DNA of 64,000 nucleotides from Mobula hypostoma. Lineage: Eukaryota. The translations under genes and the position numbers were made by a program. The DNA lies in contig NC_086097.1 of the NCBI RefSeq assembly GCF_963921235.1, forward strand, positions 213,902,001 through 213,966,000, written 5' to 3'. The notes under the pieces are model-generated. The model did no database searches. It worked only from the letters and a program-made list of their open reading frames with translations, and was not told where the DNA came from. Below, piece by piece: positions 12,341 through 26,080 of this stretch (its first letter is position 1; each line of letters begins with the position of its first letter).

Positions 12341-14048
12341 GGTGTTTGTTGAAACTGGTTCTACACAGAATGATTACTATTCTATTTGTGTAATAGGATA
12401 AATATTGTTAATGTTTGTTGAGGAGTAGTTGAAACTGAAGTAAGTTGGGTACAAAGACCCACCAGTTAGGAGCATGAGGAATATAAAACCCTACATCACC
12501 AGCTTCACTGAAAGGCAAATGAGATATTTATAAAAGCAAGTTTAGAGCACAGGACAGGCAAGAAAATCAGGATGTCTAGGGTTTCTGGTATCAATGGAAA
12601 GACAAAAGGACAGTTAGCTACAGTATATGAAAGGCAAAAATAAGTCCAAGGGCTATTAGTGCATCAGTGGAAGTCTTTGATTCCTAAAATCACCTCCTTA
12701 AGAAAGCAAAAATGGAAGTAAATTATCCTGGATCCAAAAGAACTGCTTAAGAACTATTGTATACCAATCTCTCTCCTACATGACCCTCCTCTACAAGAAC
12801 CCCTCTTTCATAATTCGAGTCCTTTTTTCTAATTCATTCAGCCTATTGTCAATGGATTCTAGGAAGGTGTCCACCCAGTCATCCCTGACTTGCTTCAGTT
12901 TTTTTTTCCCTCCTTGTCTTCACGGGGTGTCTCAATGACACGAAGATTTTGGACCTGAATTTGTTAGAATCTTGCCAGTCAAGTAATAAAGGGCAAAGTT
13001 GAGATCATGGTCCAGAGATTGAGTACAAGAGGTTAAATGTCTTCCATCTATGTTTGTAAGTACCAAGAAGGATTAACATATTTTTCTCCTCACCCTTTTG
13101 TAGTAACTATCACATGTGCAGTATATTGCAGAAATCTGGGAAACAGAAATTGCCCACTTGTAACAGAGACGTACTCATTTTCTGTCCAATGTATTTATCT
13201 GACTCATTGTTTCATTTTCTGTCTCTCATCATGACCCATTTCTGAGAAATAAGCACGTTAGTCCTTTTTAATGTGAAGTCTGTTTTATCAACTGAATACA
13301 GGAAGCAGAAACGATCTCATCATTAGAGCCTTATCTTCCAGCATAACGGACAATAAAGGCTGTTATTATAGTTCAGGCACTCACCTGTTAAAAGATTTCA
13401 TTCTGAAAGCTGCTCTGTGGGGAAGGGGGTAAAAAAACAAATGTTCTGTGAAGGTACAACACTCCTGGGAATTTTCAGCTGAGTTCTTTGGGAAAAAAGG
13501 CATTTTGATGACATTAACACAACTGTTAATAGAGCTGCAGTCAGCGCATAACTAACACTCAGTTAACTTCAAATAAATCCTTCCTGATACAAGGACTGAA
13601 TCCTAATGTGTCAATCTGCCACTTAATCACACACATTTAAATTTCCCATCAAAGAGTACATTTAAGTTCAAAGATATGCTACATAATGGAGTGATATTTC
13701 ACTATCACCATTGTATTAACTATTCCTTTTGTCCTCCATTTTAAAACTGTGAGTCATTAAGATACTTAAAATATGTTTACCACTGTCAGGAACACTAACA
13801 AATAAGTCAATAATACCCACTTCCCGTTCCAACTTCACATTTTTGACCTCTCCTGACTGATGATGCTGACTCATTACCAAGGCATGGAGAGCCAGCGCCC
13901 TCTAGTATCTTAGACAAAACTCCTTTCGTCTGAAGGGTCATGATTTTTGACTTGAGTAAAATTCGAAGTATATACATATTGGAGTGTGATTCACATCTGT
14001 CAAGCAGAAATCTGCGCCTCCACAAGGGTATTTCCACTTAAAGTATAT

Positions 14049-16440
14049 AGAAACATAGAAAACCACAGCACAATACAGGCCCTTCGGCCCACAGAGTTGT
14101 GCCGAACATGTCCTTACCTTAGAAGTTACTAGGCTTACCCATAGCCCTCTATTTTTCTAAGCTCCATGTACCGATCCAAAAGTCTCTTAAAAGACCTTAT
14201 CGTATCCGTCTCCACCACCATTGCCGACAGCCCATTCCACGCACTCACCATTCTCTGTGTAAAATACTTACTCCTGACATTTCTTCTGTACCTACTCCCC
14301 AGCACCTTAAACCTGTGTCCTCTTGTGGCAACCATTTCAGCGCTGGGAAAAAGCTTCTGACTATCCACACCATCAATGCCTCTCATCATCTTATACACCT
14401 CTATCAGGTCACCTCTCATCCTCCATCGCTCCAAGGAGAAAAGGCTGAGTTCACTCAACCTGTTTTCATAAGGCATGCTCCCCAATCCAGGCAATATCCT
14501 TGTAAATCTCCTCTTCACCCTTTCTATGGCTTCCACATCCTTCCTGTAGTGAGGTGACCAGAACTGAGCACAGTACTCCAAGTGGGGTCTGACCAGGGTC
14601 CTATACAGCTGTAACATTATCTTTCGGCTCCTAAATTCAATTTCATGATTAATGAAGGCCAATACACCATATGCCTTCTGAACACAAAATAAACTGCGGA
14701 TGCTGTGATCAAAGCAACACTTTCAGTACGCTGGATGAACTCAGCAGGTCGGGCAGCATCAGTTAGAAATGATGAGTTGACGTTTCAGGCAGGAACCCTT
14801 CATCAGGACTGAAGAATGAAAGATGGGGAAGGATTTGAAGAATGCTTGTAGCTTCAGTTGAAAGACCAGTAATTTGAAAGACAAAGGGGTGGGGGAGGGG
14901 AAGCATTGACATCATAGCCCTGAAAACAATGGGTAGTAGAAGAAGGAGGCGGAACCATGAGGGAGCTGGGGGAGGGGGTAGAGTGAAATAGGGATAGAGG
15001 AAGGGAGGGCGAGGGAATTACCGGAAGTTGGAGAATTCTATGTTCATACCAAGGGGCTGGAGACTACCTAGACGGTATATGAGGTGTTGCTCCTCCAACC
15101 TGAGTTTAGCCTCATCATGGCAGTAGAGGAGGCCATGTATGGACATATCTGAATGGGGATGGGAAGCAGAGTTGAAGTGGGTGGCTACCGGGAGATCCTG
15201 TCTGTTGTGGCGGACGGAGCGAAGGTTCTCAACGAAGCGGTCCCCCAATCTGCGTCGGGTTTCACCGATGTAGAGGAGGCCGCACCGGGAGCACCGGATG
15301 CAATAGATGACCCCAACAGACTCACAAGTGAAGTGTTGTCTCACCTGGAAGGACTGTTTGGGGCCCTGAATGGTGGCAAGAGAAGAGGTGTAGGGACAGG
15401 TGTAGCACTTACGCTTACAGGGATAAGTGCCGGGTGGGAGATCAGTGGGGATGGACGTGCGGATAAGGGAGTCGTTTTTTTTTTTCTTTCCGCAGGGATC
15501 GGTCCCTCCGTGACTCCCTTATCCGCACGCCCATCTTTCATTCTTCAGTCCTGATGAAGGCTTCCTGTCCGAAACGTCGACTCATCGTTTCTGACTGATG
15601 CTGCCCAACCTGCTGAGTTCATCCAGATGCCTTCTTAAACACAGTCAACCTGCGCAGCTGCTTTGAGCGTCCTATGGACTCGGACCCCAAGATCCCTCTG
15701 ATGCTCCACACTGCCAAGAGTTTTACCATTAATACTATATTCTGCCATCATATTTGACCTACTAAAATGAACCACTTCACACTTATCTGGGTTGAACTCC
15801 ATCTGCCACTTCTCAGCCCGGTTTTGCATCCTATCAATGTTCTGCTGTAACCTCTGACAGCCCTCCACACTATCCACAACACCCCCAACCTTTGTGTCAT
15901 CAGCAAACTTACTAACCCATCCCTTCACTTCCTCATTCAGGTCATTTATAAAAATCACGAAGAGTAAGTGTCCCAGAACAGACCCCTGAGGCACACCACT
16001 GGTGACCGACCTCCATGCAGAATATGGCCCGTCTGCAACCACTCTTTGCCTTCTGTGGGCAAGCCAGTTCTGGATCCACAAAACAATGTGTCCTTGGATC
16101 CCATGCCTCCTTACTTTCTCAATAAGCCTTGCAAGGGGTACCTTATCAAATGCCTTGCTGAAATCCATATACACTACATCTACTGCTCTTCCTTCATCAA
16201 TGTGTTTAGTCACATCTTCAAAAAATTCAATCAGGCTCGTAAGGCACGACTTGCCCTTGACAAAGCCATGCTGACTATTCCTAATCATATTATACCTCTC
16301 CAAATGTTGATAAATCCTGCCTCTCAGGATCTTCTCCATCAACTTACCAACCACTGAAGTAAGACTGACTGGTCTATAATTTCCTGGGCTATCTCTACTC
16401 CCTTTCTTGAATAAAGGAACAAAATCTGCAACCCTCCAAT
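14049..16440 (-). mobile_element. CR1 LINE ORF2 3' portion, split by a PLE insertion
   Basis: 273-aa RT (NYRPVSLTS, QHGF, DFSKAFDKV, GVPQGS, KFADDTK) continues at 14135-14662. Confidence 0.93.
14680..15626 (-). mobile_element. PLE with GIY-YIG endonuclease fragment and inverted terminal repeat; hammerhead motifs at 14775-14810 (-) and 15547-15582 (+)
   Basis: GVIYCIRCSRCGLLYIGETRRRLGDRF (15018-15344); direct repeat atgccttct at 14671-14679 and 15627-15635. Confidence 0.9.
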
Positions 16441-16548
16441 GTGTGGTATAGTCCAACCTTTGGTAATGGCTCTGTTTTGAAACTTGTCTATAACAAATGG
16501 AAAATCATGTACTGCTTTATGATTTAAAGGGGCTGTCTTGGGATTTGT

Positions 16549-16715
16549 AGTAGTACCTGGAAACTTGTAGATGGAGCTAGAGTAGTACCAAGTCACACAG
16601 TCATGAGTATACGGGGAGTGGTTGTGTCCTTAGACCCCTGCTCCACTCCCCGTATACTCATGACTGTGTGACTTGGTACTACTCTAGCTCCATCTACAAG
16701 TTTCCAGATACTACT
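16549..16715. repeat. Near-perfect inverted repeat, 73-bp arms and 21-nt loop
   Basis: 16549-16621 is the reverse complement of 16643-16715 with one mismatch. Confidence 0.95.
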
Positions 16716-17560
16716 GTAATGGATCATATCTAAAATAGCAATGAGTCGGAGGGCAGGAAGGAGATAGAAAGCTTAGTAGCATGGTGTCATGACAACAGCC
16801 TTTCCCTCGATGCCAGTAAAACAAAAGAGCCTGTCTTTAACTTTGGGAGGTGGTTCAGCGTGCATGCTCCTGTCTACATTAGTAGTGTTGAAGTTGACAG
16901 CTCCAAGATCCTAAAAGTTAACATCACCAATAACACGTCCTGGTGTAACCATATACATTCCATAGCCCAGAAACCGCAGCAGTGCCTCTATTTCCTCAGA
17001 AGGCTAAAGAAATTTGGCCTGTCTCTGTTGACCCAAACCATTTTTTATTGATGGACCATAGAAAGCATCCTATTTAGTTTGGCAACTGCTCTGCATGTGA
17101 CTCGACTGCAAGAAATTGTAGAGAGTTTTGGACACAGCTCAGCACATCATGGAAACCAGTCCATGAACTCTGTCTTACTTGTCACTGCCTCAGTAAAGCA
17201 ACCATCATAATCAATTATCCCACCCGCCCCAGGCATTCTCTCCTCTTCCATCGGGCAGAAGAATCAAAGCCTGAAGACACATACCTCTAGGCTCAATGAT
17301 AGCTTTTACCTTGCTGTTATAAGACTACTGGACCAGTACAAGAAGATGAACTCTGAATCTAACAGTCTACTTCATTATGACCTTTCACATTGTTTACCTC
17401 CACGACACTTTCTCTGTAGCTGTTACATTTTTATTCTGCATTCTGTAATTGTTTTACCTTGTTCTACCTCAGTGCACTGTGATCTGTATGAACAGTATGC
17501 AAGACAGGCTTTTCACGGTATCTTGGTACAAGCCACAATTATAAACCAATTCCAGTTACA
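16620..17560 (+). mobile_element. Old Rex1/Babar-type LINE fragment
   Basis: Degenerate YTHDCV..IYKFPDTT RT motif, QQCLYFLRRLKKFGLS and a 3' tail. Confidence 0.78.
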
Positions 17561-19024
17561 GAAAGGGTTGTTTGGAGAGTTTAGCAGGTTAGTAGTAGAG
17601 AACCAAGCATCTAAGATCTCTTAAATGGGAGAGATAGAAAGATCGGGTAGGGCAGGAATGAGCTGAAATTGAGGGTGGGAATTAAGGATGTGAAGGAAGA
17701 AGAACACTCTGCTTTTAGTGGTAAGTATTTATGAGTGTTCTCAATTTTTCTGTGCTTAGTTAAAAAGTGGATTAAAGTGTGATTAACTAAAAAGTGGATT
17801 TCTACATCTTATAAAGTAGAACTAAACAATGTAAACTGTGGTATGGTGGAGCAAGTTGTGAGTCTGAGCTTCAATATGTAGGAGTTTATGGATATGGGTG
17901 TAGGGGTTGCCCCTCTCTGGATCCTCTCCAGCCATGAATACTGAGTTAGTCAGAGGCGTTCTGGGAGAACATAGTGCCTGGTCATGCACTAAGTACAATG
18001 AAATAACCACATTTTGTTCCATTTCCAAATTTTGATTCGATTAAGGAGGAAGGAATAGAATTTGTGAAGATGCAACATACAGCCCCCACTACAATCAGAA
18101 TATTCAAATTATCAATTAGCACCATAACTGCCAGTAGTTATGTCCAACTGGAAGATTAGTAGGATCAGCAGAGTCCATTACATGATTATGAATCACCAGC
18201 CTTCTGACTAGCTGCTCACCTTGAATTTCCACTGGAAACTAGGATCTCCCAGGCTTGGTACAGACAACCTCTACTGCCAGTAATCTCGGCTGCACCAAGG
18301 TTTTGTGGTGAAGCTACAGCTGGTTGATTTGACACCTCAGGAAGGAATGGGTCTCTGCTTCAGCCTGGCACTCTGTAAGATATAACAATAGGGCATGGGG
18401 TGGCATCTACACTATAAGATCTGGTACATTAAATTACACAATGGGAAAATTGATAATAAAGGGAATTCAGTTGTCAGGCATTGCTTGTGAAGTTGAGAAA
18501 CCGACTTTGCTGAATGTATTTTGAAAGCAGGAGTCACATGCATGTATGAGGACTGGACACATGAACTTGCACGTATGAGAGCATTGTGGTGTAATTTTGC
18601 CAACGAGAGGAATTGGTAAAGTTATTGAGAAATGAGTAAAGTTAGCAAGAGCGTGTCATGTGGTGCACTTTGTGGTCATTGTTGTCTGGTAAAAATTAAC
18701 TGAACGGAAGGTCAAGGAGTCCAGCTGAGATGAATTAAGCTTTATTGGGGCCATGGCAAACAGAAAATTGGAGGTTTTCCCTCAATACTAACACTTCTGT
18801 AAAACATATTTGTATTAAGAATATTAATGTGGAAAGACAATAAATATTTTGCATGACACATTAGTAAATAAAGCAGAATGTGCAATATCAAAACTAAGTA
18901 CTTATTTTTGCCACACAAAACTGAAGAAAAAAAATTATCTCATGAAAATGTTTAATAAGCCTGATTGAGAATACACTTTTTTACTTTGGACTACATCATA
19001 GAAATCACAAGAAAAATACAGATT

Positions 19025-19325
19025 TTATTTGATTTATTTTTATTCAGAAATGCAGCATGAAACAAGACCATTGAGCTGTACCATCCAGAAAACCATTGAT
19101 TTAACCCGCTGTCTAAATACAGGACAATTTATAATGACCAAATAACTTACTAACGCGTTAAGTCTTTGGATTGTGGAGGAAACCAGAGTACCCAGAGGAA
19201 CCCACGAACACATGGGAAGAACGTACAAACTTTCTTATACGGAGGAAGCCAGAACTGAACCCATGAACTCTGATGCCACGAACCGAGGTAGCGTCGTGCT
19301 AACCGCTACACTACCATGTCACCCA
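19025..19325 (-). mobile_element. tRNA-derived V-SINE, near full length
   Basis: A-box-like tggtagtgtagcggttagc and B-box-like gggttcagttc on the minus strand, V core, A-rich tail. Confidence 0.75.
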
Positions 19326-20664
19326 ATCAAACTGATGGCTTCAAGCATAAGCCTCACAGTGATGACTGGTGATTCTTGAAGGTAAAATAAAGCTTACACA
19401 ATACATCTTTAATGTTTCCTTACTCAGCCCAGAACCACCAAACGCATGCAAAACTTTGTATTTTGTAAAATCTCTTCTGTGCACTCATTTACACATTATT
19501 ATGAAAGCAAAATATGAGAAATTACAAACATACAAACTCTCACAAGGTTTTGTGATGTGCCTTTTAAATGATCAATTTCTGCAAGCTGTGGGAGAGGAAT
19601 GTCTTATACAATGTCACCGAAGACAATTTGTTGCTCCAGTTTCAATTCAGCTGCCATCAGAGACGTGGAATTCAGGCACTTCTGATGCATTTTGATCTCA
19701 GTTCAATTATTTATCCCTGCCATAGTTATGAATGTACGTTCTCCTTCACAGTTTATAACTGGCAGGGTCAGTAAGAGTTTCCATAAAATGCACACATTAA
19801 GGATTGCTGAATAAAGGCTTCTTTGTTTTAGAATTTTCAACAGTTTTGCAGAATATTTATTTGCTCTTTCTGTACATAAAATCTGTATTACGTGAATTCA
19901 GCAAAATTCTGTTCCAGTCATTGGGTTCAAATACTGCAAATATAGTGGCATATTTCTGAACATGAGTGGTGTCCAACACGCTGTGTACACATCCTCTCTG
20001 CAATAAAAGCAGACTAATAACTGGTCAAATAAAACATTGAAGATTTCAGAACAAAACTGCTGGCTTCCCTCCTAGTCAAGTCTCGGGTTATTGTGATTCA
20101 ATGGCAAAAATTGTTAGATCACATTTATAATTTTGTGAAAGAACTTTCACGCGTTTTAACTTCCATTTTCAAAATTCTGGAACTAATCACCCAGGAAAGC
20201 TACAATTGTTTCAAGTGACTGCAGTAATCGAATGTTTTACTCAGGATGATGTCCCTTTTCTAGCTGCCAGATGATCATTTTATTCTGTTGAAGAATGCTA
20301 TCTCAAAATTGTGCCATTTAGCATTTTCCTATACCCTCATCTTGTTGTGAGTGGAAGCAACTTCTGGTTGGATGTCATGTGAACAATTCATGTCTTTTGA
20401 CAGCTTTTCTAGGGCACACTAAATTTTACAATAGTTTAGAGATGGGGATTTCACAGAAGCTCTATGTTGAATCTGACAGATGCTTGAATGTCAAAAATGA
20501 CAAGCTGCACTCATGAAAAAATTATTTACAGCTAAATTGTGGACACCAAGTTGAAATGTTTAGTGACAGAAGAAACAAGGAATTTTTTTTAAAAAAAGCA
20601 GTTGAACAAATCTGGTGTTTTAAATCATGATTTTGTTGGCCTTCTGCTAATAATGTACCATATT

Positions 20665-20835
20665 CCAAATACATACGGGTTAGGGTTATGAGTTGCGGAC
20701 ATGCTATGTTGGTGCCAGAGACGTGGCAACACTTGTCGGCTGCCCAGCACAAACCTCGCTGAGTTGATTTGATTTAAACAACACATTTCACTGTATGTTT
20801 CAATGTACGTGTAACAAATAAAGCTGTTCTTTTAC
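20665..20835 (+). mobile_element. 3' part of a SINE-like repeat (related copies at ~41660-41760 + and ~48270-48430 -)
   Basis: Shared atgctatgttggtgcc..gtggcaacactt..atttcactgtatgtttc..aaataaa. Confidence 0.55.
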
Positions 20836-22026
20836 CCTTTAACATTCTGCCTCCTCATATTATTGAATTCTTTACAAGCACTGGATGATGGAAAGCTTCG
20901 ATAATGTTGTCCTTCGTAGCCATATGAGCAGCTATAAAAGTGAATTAATTACAAATTCCCCAAATTGTTTCAGTATGTGATGATCTTAACTGCTTATTAT
21001 GCACACAGTCAATCAAGAATTTGATATTTGCATTAGAGTTGCTTGAGAACATTTCCCTAGTAGTGACGCCATGATTGAAATACTGCCTCTTCTCTCTGCA
21101 GCTACGTCTCTTATTGACTCTTTACTTGCTTAATGCACATGACATTCTAACAAGACTTACTAGTTCTGTTAGGATGGGTTTAAATTAGATGGGCGGGGGT
21201 CGTGGGGGGGGGGGGGCCGGTGCGAGATCCCAAGCATCAGGGATACAAATGAGAAGCTGGAAGGTGATGCCAAAGTCAGTGATAGCAAGGTGAATAGGAA
21301 CGACAGGCAGGAAATTGCTCATGAGTGAAGGAGGTCTATTGGATTAAATTGTATTTACTTTAATGCAAAAGGTCTAAAGGTTCAAAGGTTCATTTTATTA
21401 TCAGAGTATGTATGCAGACTACAGCTCTAAGAATTGTGGTCTCCAGATAGCTATAATATACAGAAAACCATAGGAGTAGTTGAAAGAAAGACATCAATCG
21501 CCCTCTGTACCAAAAGAAAAAGAAACAAAAACTCACAAACCCCTCCCTCACACAAAAACTGACAGATCACCCACATGGACAAACAATAAGAACATCAATC
21601 TGTCCCTCCCTTAGCCAAGTTTCCATATAATATCCTAGTCTCACCTTGTTATATTTATCTTACCCATCAGCCCTAAGTCAAGATGGAGCCAGTGAACAAT
21701 GATTCCTCAAGCGAATTCTTCCAGATAGTCAATCATATTAGTTTTTCTATGTCTTTTATTATTTTTATCTTAATTTTGTTTTTAAAACTGTTGGAACCTG
21801 TGCCTTACAGTCTGTAGTTTGAGCGAGTGAGCTAGTGCTTTGCTGATCCCAAGAAAACTCCAGGAGAGAAATGCGAGCATGAGGAGAAGCTCAGAGATGA
21901 TATGAGAACCCATTATTAACCACATTTCTCACTGATTAAAGAGTCAAGGAAGATTAAAGCATCGAGGCAAATGTGAAAGAGAGCGAGTGGCTTGCGAAGA
22001 GGCTGCTGAGTTCGTGTCACTGCCCT

Positions 22027-22235
22027 GGAGAGGCCGCTGGATTGAGTTGGTTCACACGGAGAGGCCACTGGATTGAGTTGGTTCACATGGAGAGGCCACT
22101 GGATTGAGTTGGTTCACATGGAGAGGCCACTGGTTTGAATCACTGCCCATCAGAGGGGTCACTGGTTCGATTCGTTTCCCTCTGAGGGGCCGCTGGTTCG
22201 AGTCGCTTCCCTCTGAGGAGCCGCTGGTTCGTGCT
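22027..22235 (+). repeat. 31-bp minisatellite, about 6.5 units, progressively diverging
   Basis: Unit ggagaggccRctggattgagttggttcacaY at 22027, 22058 and 22089, then diverged units. Confidence 0.9.
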
Positions 22236-23548
22236 GCTACCCTCGGAGGGCAGAGGATGATTACAGTAGGTTGTCTGCAGGCAAAGAGATCACAGGCAAC
22301 TGGGAGGTTTTTCAAACTTCAAAGTATATTTGTTATCAGGGCATGTATACATTATACAAACCTTGAGATTTGCAGCCACAAAACAAAGAAACACAAAAGC
22401 ACCCATGAAAAGAAGAAGACCATGTTAAAGATGAGATAGCACTCAAGGTCTTCCTGTTCCTGTTAAGTGGAAGGACAAGGCTAGCAGGAGTAGGCAATTC
22501 CAGACGTGATACTGAAACCCTGGCCAGGAGAAAGGAGGAATGGGTCAGGTACAAGGAGCAAGGATCAAGTCTATGCCTGGAAGAGTATAATGGATGCAGA
22601 AGTGTCCTCAAGGACAAAATCAGGAGGGCAAGAAGGAGCATAAAACAACTTTTGTAGAGAAGGTTAAGAAAAATCTGAAGTGATTGTATGTATATTAATG
22701 GAAAAAGAGTAAATAGATAGAGAAAGGGCCCCTCAAAGACCAAAGGAGACACCTCTGTGTGGAGCCACAGGAGATGGGTGAGGTCCTTAATGAATATCTC
22801 CTCTTTGGTTTTACCAAGGAGAAAGAATTGAAGACAGGAAAAGTAAATGGTAAGGTCTGGGGGCTAGTCTATGTGACCATAGAGGAGGTACTAGATGTCT
22901 TAGAAGATATGAAAGCAGACAAATATCCAATGCCTGACCAGGTTTATCCAAGAATACCGTGGGAGGCTAGAGAAGAAATTGTGGGAGACCCGGTTGAGGT
23001 ATTTGCATCATTGTTAGCCATAGCTGAGTTGTGAGTAGACTGTGGGTTAACAAACCTTGTGCCTTTATTTAACAAGAGCAGCAAAGGAAAACCTTGGAAC
23101 TGTAAAGTTCAAAGTTCAAAATAAAATTTATTATTACAGTGCATACATAAATCCACATACAACCCTGAGACTGTTTTTCCTGCGGGCATACTCAGCAAAT
23201 CTATAGAACAGTAACAGTAAACAGGATTAAAAAGAGCAAAGGTATAGAAAACAACAAACTGTGCAAATGCAAATATAAATAACAAGAGCATGAAATAACA
23301 AGATAAAGAGTGCTTAAGTTGAAACCATTGCTTGTGGGAATATCTCAATAGATGAAAGTCTTTGATAAGGTCATCTTGTACTCTGCATTCTTCTATGTAG
23401 AAATTAATAAAAAATATTGAAAAAGAAAAAGAAAAGATCCCACATGGTAGGCTGCTCTAGAAAGTTAGATCACATTGACTTTGGTGACAGTAGGTTAATT
23501 GGATAGAGAATTGGTGTGAGGGTAGAAAGCAAGGGGCGAAGGTAGAAA

Positions 23549-23894
23549 AAAAACAACAGGAATTCTGCAGATGCTGGAAATTCAAGCAACATACATCAAA
23601 GTTGCTGGTGAACGCAGCAGGCCAGGCAGCATCTATAGGAAGAGGTGCAGTCGACGTTTCAGGCTGAGACCCTTCGTCACGACTTTCGTCGAAGAGAGGA
23701 TCTAAACTTCTTCGGTGTAGGCATCACCGGAAGAGGCTTCGCAGTAGTGAATTTAAACGCAAACAACAGGAATTCTGCAGATGCTGGACGAAGGTCAGGT
23801 CCTGACGAAGGGTCTCGGCCTGAAACGTCGACTGCACCTCTTCCTATAGATGCTACTTGGCCTGCTGCGTTCACCAGCAACTTTGATGTATGTT
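23549..23894. mobile_element. Inverted PLE terminal cassette with two opposed hammerhead motifs (23649-23684 -, core mutated; 23798-23833 +, intact)
   Basis: 14-bp direct repeat ggcgaaggtagaaa at 23535-23548 and 23895-23908, inside a CR1 RT. Confidence 0.9.
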
Positions 23895-24559
23895 GGCGAA
23901 GGTAGAAAGTTGGTTCTTGGACTGGAGACTATGTGATTAGTGGTGTGCATAGGGACTGATGCAAGGTCCATTGTTGTTTGTCATCTATATCAAAGATTTG
24001 GGTAAGAATGTACATGGCATAGTTAGCATATTTTCAGATGACACTACAATACGTGATTTTGTGGACAATGAAGAAGGTTATCAAAAATTACAGGGGGATC
24101 TTGATTAGCTGAGTAAATGGGCTGAGGAATGCTAAATAGAGTTTAATTTAGCTAAGTGCAAGGTATTGCATTTTGGAAGGTCAAATCCAGACAGGATTTT
24201 CACAGTATGTGGCAGGGCACTGGGGAGTGCTATAGAATAGAGGTACCCTGGAGTACAAGCACATGGTTTACTGAAGGTGGAGTCACAGGTAGATAGTGAT
24301 GAAAAAGGCTTTTCTTATACTGGCCTTAATAACTCAGCATAGAGCATGGCAGTTGGGAGACCATAGCATGATTTTACAGGACACCAGTGAAGCTGCACAT
24401 CGAGTATTGTGTTTAGTTTTAGTCACCCTTCTGTAGAGAGAAAATAACACGTTATTAAACTGGAAAAAATGCAGGAAAACAACTCAGGGGTGCTGCCAGG
24501 ACAGGCGATATTGAGTAGGGCAGGCTTGGGCTTCATTTCCCCATGGTAGGCTCATCCAG

Positions 24560-25010
24560 AAAGTCTTGAAGCAAGGGATCCATGGATTTGGTATTGGCTT
24601 GTCCACAGGAGACAGAGGGTGGTTGTTGATGTGTTTATTCTGCCTTGAGGTTGGTGACCAGTGTTACTCTGCAGGGATCTATTTTGGGGCTCCTGCTCTT
24701 TGTGAACTTTATAAATGACTTTGAAGAGGAAGAGAAGGAGTGGGTTAGTAAATTTGCAGATGACACAAAGGTTGGAAATGTTGTGGCTAGTGTACAATGC
24801 GATATAGATGGGGCGCAGAGTTGGGCAAAGAAATGGCAGATGTAGTTCAATCTGGAAGAGTGCAATACACATTGGAAAAATCAAACTTGTAGGCAAAGTA
24901 CAAGGTTAATGGCAGGATTCTTAGCATTGTCAAGGAACAGATGGATTATGAGGTCCAAATCCATAGATCCCTCAAAGTTGCTGCACCAGTTAATAAGGTG
25001 GTTAACTAGG
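24560..25010 (+). mobile_element. CR1 RT fragment
   Basis: VTSVTLQGSILGLLLF..WVSKFADDTKVG..WAKKWQM. Confidence 0.82.
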
Positions 25011-26080
25011 TAGACGGTGATTAATCAGGAGAACTTTAAAGCAAGTATAATCGTACAACCTAAGTGATCATACTGGAAGGCTTCATATTATCAGATACAA
25101 GCTCTCACAGAAGTCCTGCCTCGGTAACTTTGTCAGATGTCTACTGAAAACTGCTTAGGGGATTTCTGCCCTCCTCCAGTAGCACCATGATGGTGTAGTG
25201 GGAGAAATTCCAATATAATCCAGGGTCTTTTTCAAATCTACCTGTGACTTAGCTGATTTTGATTTCAGCACATGTAACTGATGCCATAATTATCTCTGTT
25301 CTTCTGTAAATAGCTCCAGTCATTATGATGGATGGAATTACTGTCACATAGCAAAAGACACAATGATAAAGGTACTGCTACCAAATAATTTTTATTAGAA
25401 ATTGTACCTTTAAAGGAATTCTTTTAGCTATTGACCCACACATTATGCCAAATGATTTAATTGCAGATGTAGTCTCCATTTTTTCCCAGTGTTGGGTGTT
25501 TATGGTCTGCCAGTGAAAAGTAGAAAAGTAGTCCATTTCAATGTCTTTTCCATACTGTAGACAGCAAGTACCCTTCTAAATAATCCCCATGCGTGAGCAG
25601 TTATTCCTCTACTAGGGTGAAATGACAGGAAGTGTGGTCTGTGATATATTATCTTCTTTTGCTTAGCCTTATAATAGGAGAGGATTTGGCAGAAATAATT
25701 CCCACTCCCAGCTCTAACCTCATCTACCCACAATATGCTGTCTCAGTAGCCCTAGGGCCATGAATTTCAGTGTTTTGGAAACTGCTGTTTATGTAAAATG
25801 CCAGAAGGCGACTGATGCCTATGGAACCATATCACACAGACAATAGTTGCCTTCCACAGAGAGTGGTCATTTCGAGGAATGAAAATATTCTATTGTCTTG
25901 CCGTCCCAGTCTGCTTCAGCCTTCTTAAAACTACCTGCTAGTTGATTTAATGTTGCTGTTTTCAGCATTGAACACTAATTTTAAATTGAACATTTTAATT
26001 ACCAGAAACCAAATGTTCATTTGTTTCCAGGTAGCCAGCAGCTCTGGTAAACAAGTGAGTACTTCATGAAGCATGGCTCT

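Larger units (their letters stand above)
21170..24560 (+). mobile_element. Long degraded CR1 LINE with several nested insertions
   Basis: ORF2 start LNCIYFNA (~21343), linker EMGEVLNEYL..DKYPMPDQVYPR (22759-23034), RT FSDDT (~24030). Confidence 0.75.

Noticed and set aside
22027..22235. Regular ~31-bp repeats as a CRISPR array
   Set aside because: Head-to-tail tandem units with no unique spacers and no cas genes, in a eukaryotic context.
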